DNA of 63,915 bases, counting the filler, from Pirum gemmata (taxonomy: Eukaryota): NCBI GenBank assembly GCA_002812295.1. It is 27 parts of 27 records of this genome, joined end to end, with 100 filler letters (N's around TTAATTAATTAA, not from the genome) between each part and the next. Parts side by side here need not be neighbours in the genome. Positions count along the whole stretch, not along the records: positions 62,442 to 63,915 come from PDIN01007846.1; 26 more parts are not named here. One strand, written 5' to 3'. A model generated the notes under the pieces. It was not told the origin of the DNA, did no database searches, and saw only the letters and a program-made list of their open reading frames with translations. The translations under genes were made by a program, and so were the position numbers. Every line of letters starts with the position of its first letter. Within the stretch, counting starts at the first letter, position 1. Positions 62,636 to 63,915 of the stretch are shown here, in pieces.

Positions 62636-63820
62636 TTTTTTAGTCATTTTTGTCATTTTTGTCATTTTTGTCATTTTTTGTCATTTTTGGGCAAAACATT
62701 GCCCAAAATTGGGGTTTTCCTGCTCTAAATATACAGAAAACGTCACCTGACCTCTTTATTGGTGCCAGATCGCAAAAATATTCCGATCTATATATTTGGG
62801 CCATTGATTATTAAATATGTTTGAAAATCTTCAAACCTTGATTATTATTTTTTTTAAAAGGGTTCCCAAAACTGTTCCCAATCCTTTTTATCATTTTTGT
62901 CATTTTTGTCATTTTTGTCATTTTTGTCATTTTTGTCATTTTTGTCATTTTTGTCATTTTTGTCATTTTTTTGCCCAAAATTTGCACAAAAAATGCAGAA
63001 AACATCACCTAAACTCTTTGCCCGTACCAGATCGCGAAAATATTTCGATCTTATATTTCAGCCATTAATTATTTTAAATATATTATTTATTATTTTAAAT
63101 ATATTTGAAAATCTTCAAACCTTGGTTATTTTTTTAAGGGTTCCCAATCCTTTTTGTCATTTTTGTTATTTTTGTCATTTTTGTCATTTTTGTCATTTTT
63201 GTCATTTTTGTAAAATTTGTCATAATTGTCATTTTTGTCATTTTTGTCATTTTTTGTTATTTTTTGCCCAAAATTTGCACAAAAAATGCAGAAAACATCA
63301 CCTGAACTCTTTGTCCGTACCAGATCGCGAAAATATTTCGATCTTATATTTCAGCCATTAATTATTTTAATATATTTGAAAATCTTCAAACCTTGGTTAT
63401 TTTTTTTTAAGGGTTCCCAATCCTTTTTGTCCTTTTTGTCATTTTTGTCATTTTTGTCATTTTTGTCATTTTTGTCATTTTTTTCATTTTTTGTCATTTT
63501 TGTCATTTTTGTCATTTTTGTCATTTTAATCATTTTCTCATTTTTTATTATTTTTTTGCCCAAAATTGGGATTTTCCTGAACAAAAAATGCAGAAAACAT
63601 TTTTTTTGTCATTTTTTGTCATTTTTTGTCATTTTTTGTCATTTTTTGGCAAACCATTTCCCAAAATTGGGATTTTCCTGCACAAAAAAGAAGAAAAAGT
63701 CACCTGACACTTGTCCGTACCAGATCGCGAAAATATTTCGATCTTACATTCGAGCCATTAATTATTAAATATGTTTGAAAATCTTCAAATTTTATTATTT
63801 TTTTCTAATCATTTTTGTTA
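62636..63820. repeat. Higher-order satellite of 260-400 bp units containing variable (TTTTTGTCA)n arrays
   Basis: Anchor CCAGATCGC.AAAATATT.CGATCT at 62765, 63027, 63320 and 63720. Confidence 0.9.
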
Positions 63821-63915
63821 TTACTACTTTCTGCAGCTTATACATTTCCAATGTTGTTAGCAGTATTTCACGTGAGCTACCACGACGTTAGCACCTATTA
63901 TTATTATTATTATTA

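Noticed and set aside
62811..63768. ORFs such as (MTK)n, (FCH)n and (SFL)n
   Set aside because: They are translations of the 9-bp satellite, open in several frames on both strands.
1..63915. Gene cluster/operon or nanochromosome interpretation (one gene per ~2.2 kb piece, telomeric repeats)
   Set aside because: The pieces are unrelated scaffolds of similar size. Most lack telomeric repeats at their ends, and many end in microsatellites or mid-gene.

Overview
This is not a contiguous locus. It is a pseudomolecule of 27 short scaffolds (mostly ~2.2 kb) from a strongly AT-rich microbial eukaryote, joined by 26 artificial 100-nt linkers (N44-TTAATTAATTAA-N44), so gene neighbourhood across linkers is meaningless. 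The organism uses the standard code, GT-AG introns and TTAGGG telomeric repeats, and has Asn/Gln homopolymer-rich proteins. A CX2CX17CX2C GATA finger suggests an opisthokont-like protist or fungus, but the taxon cannot be fixed from this window. Recognisable genes: mitochondrial phosphate carrier (partial), NUP42/NUPL2 (spliced, partial), ABCG transporter (spliced, partial), a GATA factor, a secreted GH17-PAN glucanase, a TPR/J-domain protein, a multi-TM protein split by an assembly artefact, and several secreted or surface orphans. Non-coding DNA is dominated by at least eight MITE/TIR families, an ISL2EU-like transposon (transposase remnant plus a non-autonomous copy with the same TIR), a tRNA-derived SINE, satellites and ~17 TTAGGG tracts, mostly interstitial. 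Two patterns stand out. (1) Pervasive TA-x-TA micro-insertions, demonstrable by paralogue comparison, which chain into TAGCTAGACTA-type low-complexity DNA and look like iterated transposon-excision footprints. (2) Telomeric tracts sandwiched between 53-80 bp direct duplications, suggesting telomerase-patched double-strand breaks. All family assignments come from motif recognition, not database searches.
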